From IMG/VR virus record IMGVR_UViG_3300009678_000025, positions 1-43,850 of that record: DNA of 43,850 nucleotides. The stretch is one strand, 5' to 3'. The DNA comes from a virus (Duplodnaviria; Caudoviricetes). The notes under the pieces are model-generated. The model saw only the letters and a program-made list of their open reading frames with translations, was not told the origin of the DNA and made no database searches. Shown piece by piece: positions 1 to 8,442 of this stretch. A program made the translations under genes and the position numbers. The stretch's first letter is position 1; every line of letters begins with the position of its first letter.

Positions 1-123
1 ATGGTAAGATAGTTGTCTCAGAAGCAGGAGTCGGTGGGACACAACAGGCAGTAAATCTAACTTCTGGTTCTATTACTCATGAAACTAAGGGCAGAAGATT
101 CTTAGCGTCTAGTGCTGTACCTG
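1..123. repeat. Terminal direct repeat, copy 1 (identical to 43728-43850); circular-contig overlap
   Basis: 123 bp ATGGTAAGATAG...GCTGTACCTG present at both ends. Confidence 0.97.
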
Positions 124-368
124 TTGCTAATGCTTTAGATATGGGTGGTATTACAACTGGTAAAGGTTGTAAATTTATTTGGCTTCGAGCACGTGATAAT
201 AATAACGCTGATGCCATTATCACGCCAGTAATTAATGGTGTAACTTTTCAAGCTGGATCAGAATTTATTTATGCTTGTAGTAAAGGAAGCGGCCAGACTA
301 TTACTACTGTCTCTGTTATTCCAGAAGTTACGACAGATATGAATGTGGATTATATTTTTACAGCGTGA
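1..368 (+). CDS. 3' part of a 129-aa putative virion protein starting at 43706 and crossing the junction; paralog of 372-758
   Basis: ATG at 43706 overlaps the previous TAA and is in frame with the 141-368 ORF: MAMTTELDGKIVVSEAG...NVDYIFTA. Confidence 0.8.
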   Translation, partial: GKIVVSEAGVGGTQQAVNLTSGSITHETKGRRFLASSAVPVANALDMGGITTGKGCKFIWLRARDNNNADAIITPVINGVTFQAGSEFIYACSKGSGQTITTVSVIPEVTTDMNVDYIFTA

Positions 369-371
369 TAT

Positions 372-758
372 ATGGCAAACACAGCAACAGTTAATGGGTC
401 AATTTCAGTAATAGATGCTAATAATGAGTTATTAGCGGCGTATACGTTAGCAATGAACTCTGGTAGTTTTAATGTAGTAAAAGCAAATACTAGGGAAATT
501 GCACCAAATACTACGGTTACATTAGATATAACAGGTATTAGTGCTGCTCGTTTTGTATGGGTGCGTAGCAGAAGCTCTGCAACTGGTTTAGATAAATCAG
601 TGTTAGTTACATTGAATTCAGTAACTAACTCTAAACCATCAGTTAATTATCTTCATCAAAATAGTGATGATCCTGCTACTACATCTATTACTTCTGTTCA
701 AGTTTTTGCTAAGAATGATGGTGTGTCTACCACTATTGACTATGTCCTCGGTGGTTAA
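372..758 (+). CDS. Putative virion structural protein, beta-rich, 128 aa
   Basis: Thr/Ser/Val-rich ORF in late operon; aligns by eye with the junction-spanning gene. Confidence 0.7.
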   Translation: MANTATVNGSISVIDANNELLAAYTLAMNSGSFNVVKANTREIAPNTTVTLDITGISAARFVWVRSRSSATGLDKSVLVTLNSVTNSKPSVNYLHQNSDDPATTSITSVQVFAKNDGVSTTIDYVLGG

Positions 759-1180
759 TGGCGATACAATATCCTGGGCGTAGTAGAGGAAAAGACAGAG
801 CTAATTTAGATGAGTTAGTCTATGTAAACCCATATCAGTTCTTTTTATTCTATTTTGATTTCAATGATATTGTTGCTAAGCCACTATTAATACTTCCTAA
901 AGATGCAATGATATGGACGGATCAGGTAAACATAATTGAAAAATTTAATGGTACACTACCTAATTTGAATATAGGAACGAAAGATAATCATGTGGCTGTT
1001 GGATTTACTCCTGTGCATGTAGTTGGACCGCATCGTTTATTAACTCGCAATACTACAATATACTTTAATATCCTGACTGAAGAAACTGAAATTTTTAAGG
1101 GAATTACGCATCAATCAGGCGGAACACAAAGTGCACAAGGTAGTGGGTGGTGTGTCCTTCATTACCTTTTAACGAGATAA
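758..1180 (+). CDS. Putative virion structural protein, 140 aa
   Basis: TAATG coupling; beta-sandwich-like pattern (EKFNG..NLNIGT..SAQGSG..VLHY). Confidence 0.6.
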   Translation: MAIQYPGRSRGKDRANLDELVYVNPYQFFLFYFDFNDIVAKPLLILPKDAMIWTDQVNIIEKFNGTLPNLNIGTKDNHVAVGFTPVHVVGPHRLLTRNTTIYFNILTEETEIFKGITHQSGGTQSAQGSGWCVLHYLLTR

Positions 1181-1184
1181 TACA

Positions 1185-2393
1185 ATGCCACCATTCCAAT
1201 ACGGATCACGATCACCATTATTCAATACTGGACGGAATCTTGGACAGAATCTATTTAGTAGTTGGTTCAAGCCACCTACTCAACAAAATTATGTGAATCC
1301 TAATAAACAAGCAGAGAATGCACCTACATATCCGATGCCACCAGGGGCCTCACCTTATGGTACTATTGGGCCATTAGGTAGTTTCAATCCACAAATAAAT
1401 GCGTTCGATCCTAAGTATCAGCCCTTTGTTGCAGGTGCTTTTCAAGGTATTGAAAATACTTTAGGGTATAATCAAGGTTTAGTTGGAAATGCACAGCAAA
1501 ATTTAGCAAGGTTAACCGCTGATCTGTCTCAGCTTTATGGTAATCAATTAACAAAGAGTAATCAGTTAGCTAATCAATTTCAAGGTTCCTATGGTCCACT
1601 GATTAATCAAGCACAAACACAGATGACACTGGACCAGAAAGCATGGGATGAATTAATCGGACAAGCATCACTAGCAATGCCTGTTGATCCATATTCGAAT
1701 GAGATGCTTAGACAGGCGATGGGTAGTATCCAGAATAATACAACTGGTGCTGTACAGAGTGGGCTACCACAAATACAGCAAGCTTTTGCTAACAGAGGAT
1801 TATTGAATAGTACACAAGCTGCTGGTGCTGAACAATCATTCAGACAACAAGCATTAACAGACCAGCAGGGATTGAATTTAGGTGCTGTGCAAAATCAGTT
1901 AGATACGAATGTCGCCGCTAATCAACAGCGAAATAATATACTAGGACAATTACAGAGTGGTCAGACACAAGCAAGACAGCAGAGTCTAGGTATTATTGGT
2001 GGATTGCAGGGACAGATGATGCAAGGAATCCTTGGTGCTCAGGGATTGGGTAATGATTTGACGGGTCAGTATGGTAATACACTAGCAGGATTAGGTGGGA
2101 TTAATGCTAATCTAGGTGTACTGAACAGACTTGATCCAGCACTACTTGCTGACATCAGTTCAGGATTGTTAGGTACTAAATTAGGACAAGAGAATCAGCA
2201 GGCATTGCTAGCACTTAGTCAGCAGATAAGTGCTAATCAAACACCGAGTTGGGGCGATCAAATTGCAGGATTAGCTGGTTTCTTCCCTGGTGCTCAAAAT
2301 ATTGCACCTTGGTTAGGTATTGCTGGCACTGCATTAAATGCTTTTGCACAACGACCATATGGCACACAAGGACAATTTAATCGTGTGTACTAA
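1185..2393 (+). CDS. Gln/Gly-rich putative internal virion (ejection) protein
   Basis: 402 aa, Q/G/A-rich helical, FANRGLLNS motif, position after tail genes. Confidence 0.6.
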   Translation: MPPFQYGSRSPLFNTGRNLGQNLFSSWFKPPTQQNYVNPNKQAENAPTYPMPPGASPYGTIGPLGSFNPQINAFDPKYQPFVAGAFQGIENTLGYNQGLVGNAQQNLARLTADLSQLYGNQLTKSNQLANQFQGSYGPLINQAQTQMTLDQKAWDELIGQASLAMPVDPYSNEMLRQAMGSIQNNTTGAVQSGLPQIQQAFANRGLLNSTQAAGAEQSFRQQALTDQQGLNLGAVQNQLDTNVAANQQRNNILGQLQSGQTQARQQSLGIIGGLQGQMMQGILGAQGLGNDLTGQYGNTLAGLGGINANLGVLNRLDPALLADISSGLLGTKLGQENQQALLALSQQISANQTPSWGDQIAGLAGFFPGAQNIAPWLGIAGTALNAFAQRPYGTQGQFNRVY

Positions 2394-2613
2394 ATGTTGG
2401 CAAGTAGTTTCTATTATCGGACAATGGCTGGACCGAGAAGGTCATGATCTATGTCATGATAGTAGTGATGTAATAATCGCTATAGCTAAGTTATATAAGA
2501 TAGATATGACATTGTTTGATATCAAAAAGAAAATTGGTAAAGTAACAGAACCTGAATTTAGAGCAGCATGCGATCAGTATTGTAAGGAAATTTTCCATGC
2601 CAGGACTGTTTGA
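2338..2613 (+). CDS. Hypothetical protein with CxxC (start possibly at the internal Met, MAHKD)
   Basis: ORF fills the gap between two ejection-type genes. Confidence 0.5.
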   Translation: MLLHNDHMAHKDNLIVCTKCWQVVSIIGQWLDREGHDLCHDSSDVIIAIAKLYKIDMTLFDIKKKIGKVTEPEFRAACDQYCKEIFHARTV

Positions 2614-2983
2614 TTTTGGAGCACAGCAAACCCAGGCTGGTTCTATATATGCGAATTTACAAACGCAAGCTGCTCAACAAGATCGTCAATTACGACAGAT
2701 CGAACTAGAGAATTTTAAGCAGCGTTTGTTTCAGATGTACCAGATTGAAGAACAAAAGAAAGCTGAGAAGAAAGCTAGACGTAGAAAATTACTGACACTT
2801 GGTCTTGGTGGTGCTGCTGGTGCTGTTGGTGGATTGGCATTGGCACCTGGATTAGCTACTTCATTAGCTGCACCGGGATCAGTAGGAACTTTAACTGGTG
2901 GTGGTATGGGACAGTATTATGGTCTAGGTTCTTTAATGGGTGCTAGCACTGGTTTTGGTATTGGCAATCAGTTCGGAGGATAA
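2597..2983 (+). CDS. Putative DNA-transfer/ejection protein with Gly-rich hydrophobic C-terminus
   Basis: Coiled coil, basic patch KKARRRK, then glycine-zipper-like segment as in P22 gp7-type proteins. Confidence 0.55.
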   Translation: MPGLFDFGAQQTQAGSIYANLQTQAAQQDRQLRQIELENFKQRLFQMYQIEEQKKAEKKARRRKLLTLGLGGAAGAVGGLALAPGLATSLAAPGSVGTLTGGGMGQYYGLGSLMGASTGFGIGNQFGG

Positions 2984-2985
2984 TT

Positions 2986-4308
2986 ATGCCGCCATTTCCT
3001 AATCAAGAATTACAGCAAGGTGCATTGTTATCTGCATTACAACAGCAGTTGCAGGGTAGACAGTACAATGCATCGCGGCCTCAAGGTAATGGTTTAGAAA
3101 ATTTCCAATTATTCGCGGGTATACTAAATAACTTTGGTAATCCGAATGCATTACCACAGACACTAGGATTGATTCAAGAACAACGCAATCGTCGTGAGGA
3201 CAATGCTAGGAATGATTTTCTCTTAGAGACTAAACTCTTAGAAACAAAACTACAGGCAGCACAAGACGATATCAAATTACGAAAGCAATTAATTAATTTT
3301 GATCTAGAAAAACGTTTAGCTGAACAAGGTTTAGAACGGGGTGCATTTAATCTACAACAGGATAAGGCTACTGCACCATTAGAGTTACGACAGAAGCAGG
3401 CAGCAGCCGAAGGTGCTGAGTTTTCTTTAGGCGAGGCTAGAACGCTTGCACCAATTAAACGTAGACAAGAAGAAGCACAAGCTAGTAAAGCTGAATCTGA
3501 TTTAGCATTAGCACCATTAGAACGTATACTTGTTGAAGCACGCACGCGTACTGAAGAAGCACAAGAACGTGCAGCATTAGCACAACGAAATAAACTTAAT
3601 CAAGAGATAAAACAAGCGGATCAAGCTGCATCATTAGCACATGTAATGCGAGAAAATCTTAAACGACAAGGTTATGATACAGAAAATCCATTAGAGACAC
3701 CTGAGTTTGCACGTTTAGATGCTTTACTTACTGGTATTCCTAATGAAGCAGCACAAGCAATTATTCCAGAAGATCGTATTACACATGCTAGTAGATTCAG
3801 CTCTCGTGTGGCTGCTTTAGCTGATCTTAAACCTGAACCAATTGTTAATGACCAGCCTAATCCTGTATATAAAGAGTTGATTACTCTCGCTGAACTATAT
3901 CAAGAAAAAGTTCCATTAGGTATCAAGAAAGTTGAAGAGAGTGTAATCACTAATATTCTTCCTACGATACCACCTAAGAATCGTAGTGCTCAGAAAGAAG
4001 CCGCTACGAATCTAGTTAATTTCTTTGCTCAACCAGAAATTTTTGATACGTATGAACAGGCAGGACTGACTAAACGAATCTTAACAGATGTGTTAACGGA
4101 TATTACAGGCGGGTATTTTGATGCTTACAAAGTTGATCCTAATGATTTGTTTGGACAGATAAAAGAATTAGTTCTTCGACGAAAACAAGGTGAACAATTA
4201 CAGAGACAAGAACTAAAAGAAAAGAAATTAAGAGAAGAGCATATGACACCTGAATTTAAGAAATTACTGCAAGAATCTCAGAGAATTGCTCCTTATAATA
4301 AGTTTTAA
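2986..4308 (+). CDS. Coiled-coil putative ejection protein
   Basis: 440 aa, Q/E/A/L heptad-rich; synteny with podovirus internal proteins. Confidence 0.55.
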   Translation: MPPFPNQELQQGALLSALQQQLQGRQYNASRPQGNGLENFQLFAGILNNFGNPNALPQTLGLIQEQRNRREDNARNDFLLETKLLETKLQAAQDDIKLRKQLINFDLEKRLAEQGLERGAFNLQQDKATAPLELRQKQAAAEGAEFSLGEARTLAPIKRRQEEAQASKAESDLALAPLERILVEARTRTEEAQERAALAQRNKLNQEIKQADQAASLAHVMRENLKRQGYDTENPLETPEFARLDALLTGIPNEAAQAIIPEDRITHASRFSSRVAALADLKPEPIVNDQPNPVYKELITLAELYQEKVPLGIKKVEESVITNILPTIPPKNRSAQKEAATNLVNFFAQPEIFDTYEQAGLTKRILTDVLTDITGGYFDAYKVDPNDLFGQIKELVLRRKQGEQLQRQELKEKKLREEHMTPEFKKLLQESQRIAPYNKF

Positions 4309-4311
4309 ACG

Positions 4312-7300
4312 ATGGGCGTAATAGCAAATAATGCTAGTGTATTTGGCAGTACAGGGGCACGGCCTCCTGCTGTACCACAGTCTTATCTAGAATCATTAGG
4401 TAGAAATGTCTTTGATGTCTTAGATGCTTCTGGTAATTTTGGTAGGTCAGTTGCACGCTTTGCACAAACAGGTGACCCTGGTTATCTTGGTAACGCAGCT
4501 AAGATTGTGTTACCATTTATCGAATCAGAGAAAGTTCCTATTGAGGATATTACCAATAGTAAAAACTTTTGGTATAATCTAGGGGCAGAAGTTGTACTGG
4601 ACCCTCTTAGTTACGTCGGAGGTTTTTTACCTGCAGCCAAACGGGCTGCTACTGCCACTAAAGTATTGCAAATTAAACGTGAAGCGAGTATATTTAAATC
4701 ACTCGGTGACATAGAGAGAGCTAGTGAAGCACGTACTGCAATAAAGAAACTAATCGAAACAGCACCAGCACGCACTGATAAGAAACAATCACTTTTATCC
4801 GTTGGTCTCCCTATACCGTTCACACCTACTATTGATATCGGTGATGCAAAGAAACTAACAGAGACATTCAAGTCACTGGGTTTTGATCGTCGCATTGCAG
4901 GCGTGATTAAAGAATCAGACCGTATTGAAAAGAAGATTACTGACGGTAGTTTAAGAATTGGTTTACAAGAGAAATTTAGGGAGAAACTCTCTGTATTAAA
5001 TAAAGAATTGAATGATGGTAAGGGTGTATTATCACCATCAGTAATTAATAATGTATATAGAGTTATTAATTTCGTTGATGATAAATTCCATACTGCGGTT
5101 CGTGAACCAGTAATCCAGACACTTAAGGATATTACTGGTATCCGTAAACGTGAACGAATTCTGACAGGTGATAGAGAAACACAGGATTTGTTCAATAAGT
5201 TAAAGGATTTTGGTAGTTACGCTGATGCTGAATTCAGAACTAATACTTACAGATTAGCAGAATCAGTAGGTGTTAATAGTGATGTGGTCCGGGCAGACAT
5301 TCAGAAAACATTGAATCGTCAGATTGGTAGTATTAGTACCAGTGCTGGAAAGAAATTCGATAAGTTAGTTAGTACAGGTAATATAGACGAAGCCGCTAAA
5401 ATCTTGGATGGCGTTGCAGCGAAGATTACTTTTGCTAAGAAAGCAGCAGCACAAAGAGAATTCAGGGTCGCTGAACTAGAGAAACTAAAGATAGATGCTA
5501 ACCCTGAGTTACTGAATGTAATCAAAGCAGAAGTGGATGCTAACGCTAGATTGTTGCAAAAGGAACAGTCATTAGGACTACGCACTAAGGAATTATCTGC
5601 ACAAAAGAAAGGTATATTAACGTATATACCGCGTGCACTTAGTGATGAAGCTAAGCAGTTATCAAAGAAAAATCCTGTACTTTTTGCATCAATACAAAGA
5701 GATATTTATCCTAAGATAAGTGCTCAGTATAAACGTAGGTTCTATCCTGAAACCGAATTAATCGAGGTTAATAGACTACTCAGAGAACAGTATGGTCTTA
5801 ACTTTGATTATTTCAAACCAGATTTGGTGCAAGCTCAGTTACAGAGAAAGATACAATCAGCGAATGCAATTGGTAGTGCTGAGTTCTTGCATGAGGGTGT
5901 GAGAAACTTTGGGCAGGCTAAGCAAAGTGTAACAGACGTACAGGCTAGACGTGTACTCAAGCGGTTCGGTATTGACCCTAAAGATTTAAGTAAGGATTTG
6001 TATTTACCACAACACGTTGTACAAGACCTTACTAAAGGGTTCACCCAGTTTCATAAAGCGGTAGGCGATACTAACTGGGTTAAGAACGTATTAGGTAAGT
6101 TAGTCCATCCTATTAACTCTTTCTATAGAGCGTTTCTTACATTCGGTTTTCCTGGTTATCACTTTGGTAACTATGTAGGAAATACTTGGCAATCAACTCT
6201 ACACAGTTCAAAGGTATTAGGTAAACTACACGAAGGATTCCCAATCCAGCATCGTTATATTGCTGGTAAAATGACTCCTGCTGATATCGCTGAGTGGACT
6301 AAGATGGAGAATCTAGGTATAGTTCAAGGTAAAGAACTACCTGGATTAGAATCCGTATTAGATGAAATTGGATTAAAGGAAATATCGCCACGCGGTGAGT
6401 TAGCAGATCGTCCATTTACTTTTGCGGGTAGAGTAGTTTTTGGTAAAGATAAATTATCTAAACCAAAAAAGTTCTTACAGAATCCATTAAAGAGCTTTGA
6501 TGAAATTTTTGCAGGAGTAAAGGTACACAAGAACCCTAATGATTTCGATCCACTTACTGGGCGTGCTTTCGGTAGGTACTTAGAGAACGCATCGCGTATT
6601 GCACTGTTCAAAACTGCTAAAGCAGAAGGTCACTCTGACATTGGTGCTATGCGGGTAGTAAACAAATATTTGTTTAACTATGCCGATCTAACACCCTTCG
6701 AGCAGGAGTATCTCAGACCGTCATTCTTATTCTATACATGGACGAGAAAGAACATACCACTAGCAATCAAATCAGCACTGACTAACACTAGACAGTACGC
6801 ATTGTATAATCATATCACAGGTATGAACGATGAGGATTTACCACAGTACCTACAGTCAACGAATGCTTTTGTTTCACCGTGGAATCCACAACTAGCTATA
6901 GGAAGCCTTAGACTGCCTATCGAAGATTTGAATCTGTTGAATGTATCGGATGTTGATCCTAATTATAAGGACCAAATTCATCGCTTAGTTCAAAAAGTAG
7001 CCGCTCGATTATCACCTGCATTATTGGTACCTTATGAAGTTGCTTTAGCAGGTGAGCAAGCATTTACCGGCACTCCTTTATCTGATACTAATACAATGGA
7101 TTACATTGTTAATCGTTCACCTTTTAGTAGGTTTGCTAAGGTAGCAACGAATGTATCGCAGTCATTAAGCGAACAGAAGGCATGGAGTACCTTAATGATT
7201 GAAACATTCACTGGCTTACGAACGTACAAGTTTGATCCTAGTAGAGTTCCCATTGATAAAGCTAAGCGGCGATTACTAGCAACAGGTAAAGTAGCTAAGT

Positions 7301-7392
7301 TCCCAGTACTAGTTTCTAAAAAGAAAGATGATTATCTAACTAAAGAAAAGATTAGTCAGTTCCAGAAGATGGTACGGGAACAATCAAAATAG
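4312..7392 (+). CDS. Large internal virion/ejection protein, 1026 aa
   Basis: Largest ORF, last of ejection cluster; C-terminal FNYADLTPFEQ...FYTWTRKNIP motif of podovirus large ejection proteins. Confidence 0.65.
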   Translation: MGVIANNASVFGSTGARPPAVPQSYLESLGRNVFDVLDASGNFGRSVARFAQTGDPGYLGNAAKIVLPFIESEKVPIEDITNSKNFWYNLGAEVVLDPLSYVGGFLPAAKRAATATKVLQIKREASIFKSLGDIERASEARTAIKKLIETAPARTDKKQSLLSVGLPIPFTPTIDIGDAKKLTETFKSLGFDRRIAGVIKESDRIEKKITDGSLRIGLQEKFREKLSVLNKELNDGKGVLSPSVINNVYRVINFVDDKFHTAVREPVIQTLKDITGIRKRERILTGDRETQDLFNKLKDFGSYADAEFRTNTYRLAESVGVNSDVVRADIQKTLNRQIGSISTSAGKKFDKLVSTGNIDEAAKILDGVAAKITFAKKAAAQREFRVAELEKLKIDANPELLNVIKAEVDANARLLQKEQSLGLRTKELSAQKKGILTYIPRALSDEAKQLSKKNPVLFASIQRDIYPKISAQYKRRFYPETELIEVNRLLREQYGLNFDYFKPDLVQAQLQRKIQSANAIGSAEFLHEGVRNFGQAKQSVTDVQARRVLKRFGIDPKDLSKDLYLPQHVVQDLTKGFTQFHKAVGDTNWVKNVLGKLVHPINSFYRAFLTFGFPGYHFGNYVGNTWQSTLHSSKVLGKLHEGFPIQHRYIAGKMTPADIAEWTKMENLGIVQGKELPGLESVLDEIGLKEISPRGELADRPFTFAGRVVFGKDKLSKPKKFLQNPLKSFDEIFAGVKVHKNPNDFDPLTGRAFGRYLENASRIALFKTAKAEGHSDIGAMRVVNKYLFNYADLTPFEQEYLRPSFLFYTWTRKNIPLAIKSALTNTRQYALYNHITGMNDEDLPQYLQSTNAFVSPWNPQLAIGSLRLPIEDLNLLNVSDVDPNYKDQIHRLVQKVAARLSPALLVPYEVALAGEQAFTGTPLSDTNTMDYIVNRSPFSRFAKVATNVSQSLSEQKAWSTLMIETFTGLRTYKFDPSRVPIDKAKRRLLATGKVAKFPVLVSKKKDDYLTKEKISQFQKMVREQSK

Positions 7393-7420
7393 CAAAGCAC
7401 AAAAAAGTAAAGGGTATCCT

Positions 7421-7603
7421 ATGGGACCACCGACAGTCATAATCAAATCTCCAATGAAGAAATACAAGAATCATCTCATGACTGAGAATCCTTTTCTATT
7501 AGAACTGATGAAAGAATACGTGCGTAAGAAATTCGCTTATCAACCTCGTGATCCATTTCAGAAGATGATTAACAATGTACCAAGCGTATACCCATCAACA
7601 TAG
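7421..7603 (+). CDS. Hypothetical protein, 60 aa
   Basis: ORF with upstream AAAGGG; fills operon gap. Confidence 0.45.
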   Translation: MGPPTVIIKSPMKKYKNHLMTENPFLLELMKEYVRKKFAYQPRDPFQKMINNVPSVYPST

Positions 7604-7604
7604 T

Positions 7605-7826
7605 ATGGCACCTAAAAAAAGTCCTGATACGAATGGCTATCTGCTTTATAAAATAGCTGCCGGAGCTTTTGGAACATTAGTAATGTACTTAGCTGTTAAA
7701 ATGGATAACAAAGTAGAGAAGATGGAAGAGAAAATTAACACTGTTCAGATACAATTAATCTCTGTAAATAAGTATCTAGAGGCGATCAGTGTAGAACAGA
7801 TTAGATTCAATAGGATAAAGGAATGA
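7605..7826 (+). CDS. Single-TM plus coiled-coil protein, holin-like (XhlA-type architecture), copy 1
   Basis: TM LLYKIAAGAFGTLVMYLAV then heptads; ATG at 7605 directly follows the previous stop. Confidence 0.5.
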   Translation: MAPKKSPDTNGYLLYKIAAGAFGTLVMYLAVKMDNKVEKMEEKINTVQIQLISVNKYLEAISVEQIRFNRIKE

Positions 7827-8008
7827 TCGAAGAGGTTAAAAATAGTTTGAAAGATGACCTATTTTATAAGATAGGAGCAATGGCTTTTGGTACATTAATA
7901 TCTTATTTAGCAATCAAAATGGATACCAAAGTAGAGACAATGGCTTCAGATATCGCTACGATGAAAGCAGAGATAATATTTCTTAATAAACAACTCATTC
8001 AACCTTAA
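7823..8008 (+). CDS. Single-TM plus coiled-coil protein, holin-like, copy 2
   Basis: LFYKIGAMAFGTLISYLAIKMDTKVETM closely matches copy 1; ATGA overlap. Confidence 0.5.
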   Translation: MIEEVKNSLKDDLFYKIGAMAFGTLISYLAIKMDTKVETMASDIATMKAEIIFLNKQLIQP

Positions 8009-8011
8009 GCC

Positions 8012-8221
8012 TTAGCCTCTGCCTATCAAAGAGTCTATACTACAGTCAAAGAAGTCAGCAAGAGCTACTAGATTATCGATAGACGGGAAGCGATTACCAA
8101 CTTCGTAATGATTGATAGTAGTCTGATGCCAATTTAGAGCATCAGCTAATTGTTGTTGTGTTAGATTCCGATCGTTGCGGAGGTATCTAATCCTGTTAGC
8201 AAAGTATATTCTGTGTCTCAT
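8012..8221 (-). CDS. XRE/Cro-family helix-turn-helix regulator
   Basis: LTQQQLADAL..QTTINHYEVG.RFPSIDNLVALADFF is a classic HTH_3 pattern. Confidence 0.92.
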   Translation of the reverse strand: MRHRIYFANRIRYLRNDRNLTQQQLADALNWHQTTINHYEVGNRFPSIDNLVALADFFDCSIDSLIGRG

Positions 8222-8442
8222 TATTTCTTTCCTACTAAGTTGTCTAACGTAACATTAAAATAATCTGCTAACTTAATTAGAGTGTATAATGTTGGTGAAC
8301 AGCGGCCCTTTTCATATTGTTCAATAACTTGTCTATAACGTAGGCCAACGGCTTCTGCTATCTTTTGTAGCGTGTTACCATTTTTTAGTCGTAATTCTCT
8401 TAGTCGTTTACCGAATCTAATTGTACATTCTTTTCTAGTCAC
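8221..8442 (-). CDS. XRE/Cro-family helix-turn-helix regulator
   Basis: FGKRLRELR..TLQKIAEAVG..IEQYEKG..PTLYTLIKLADYFNVTLDNL. Confidence 0.92.
   Translation of the reverse strand: MTRKECTIRFGKRLRELRLKNGNTLQKIAEAVGLRYRQVIEQYEKGRCSPTLYTLIKLADYFNVTLDNLVGKK

Noticed and set aside
1-123. End repeat as a biological direct terminal repeat
   Set aside because: It falls inside a coding gene and has a k-mer-like length; more likely assembler overlap of a circular contig
3174-6611. Minus-strand ORFs inside the ejection genes, and similar antisense or alternate-frame ORFs in PolA, helicase, TerL, portal and decoration genes
   Set aside because: Shadow ORFs fully overlapping well-supported genes, with no RBS or motifs
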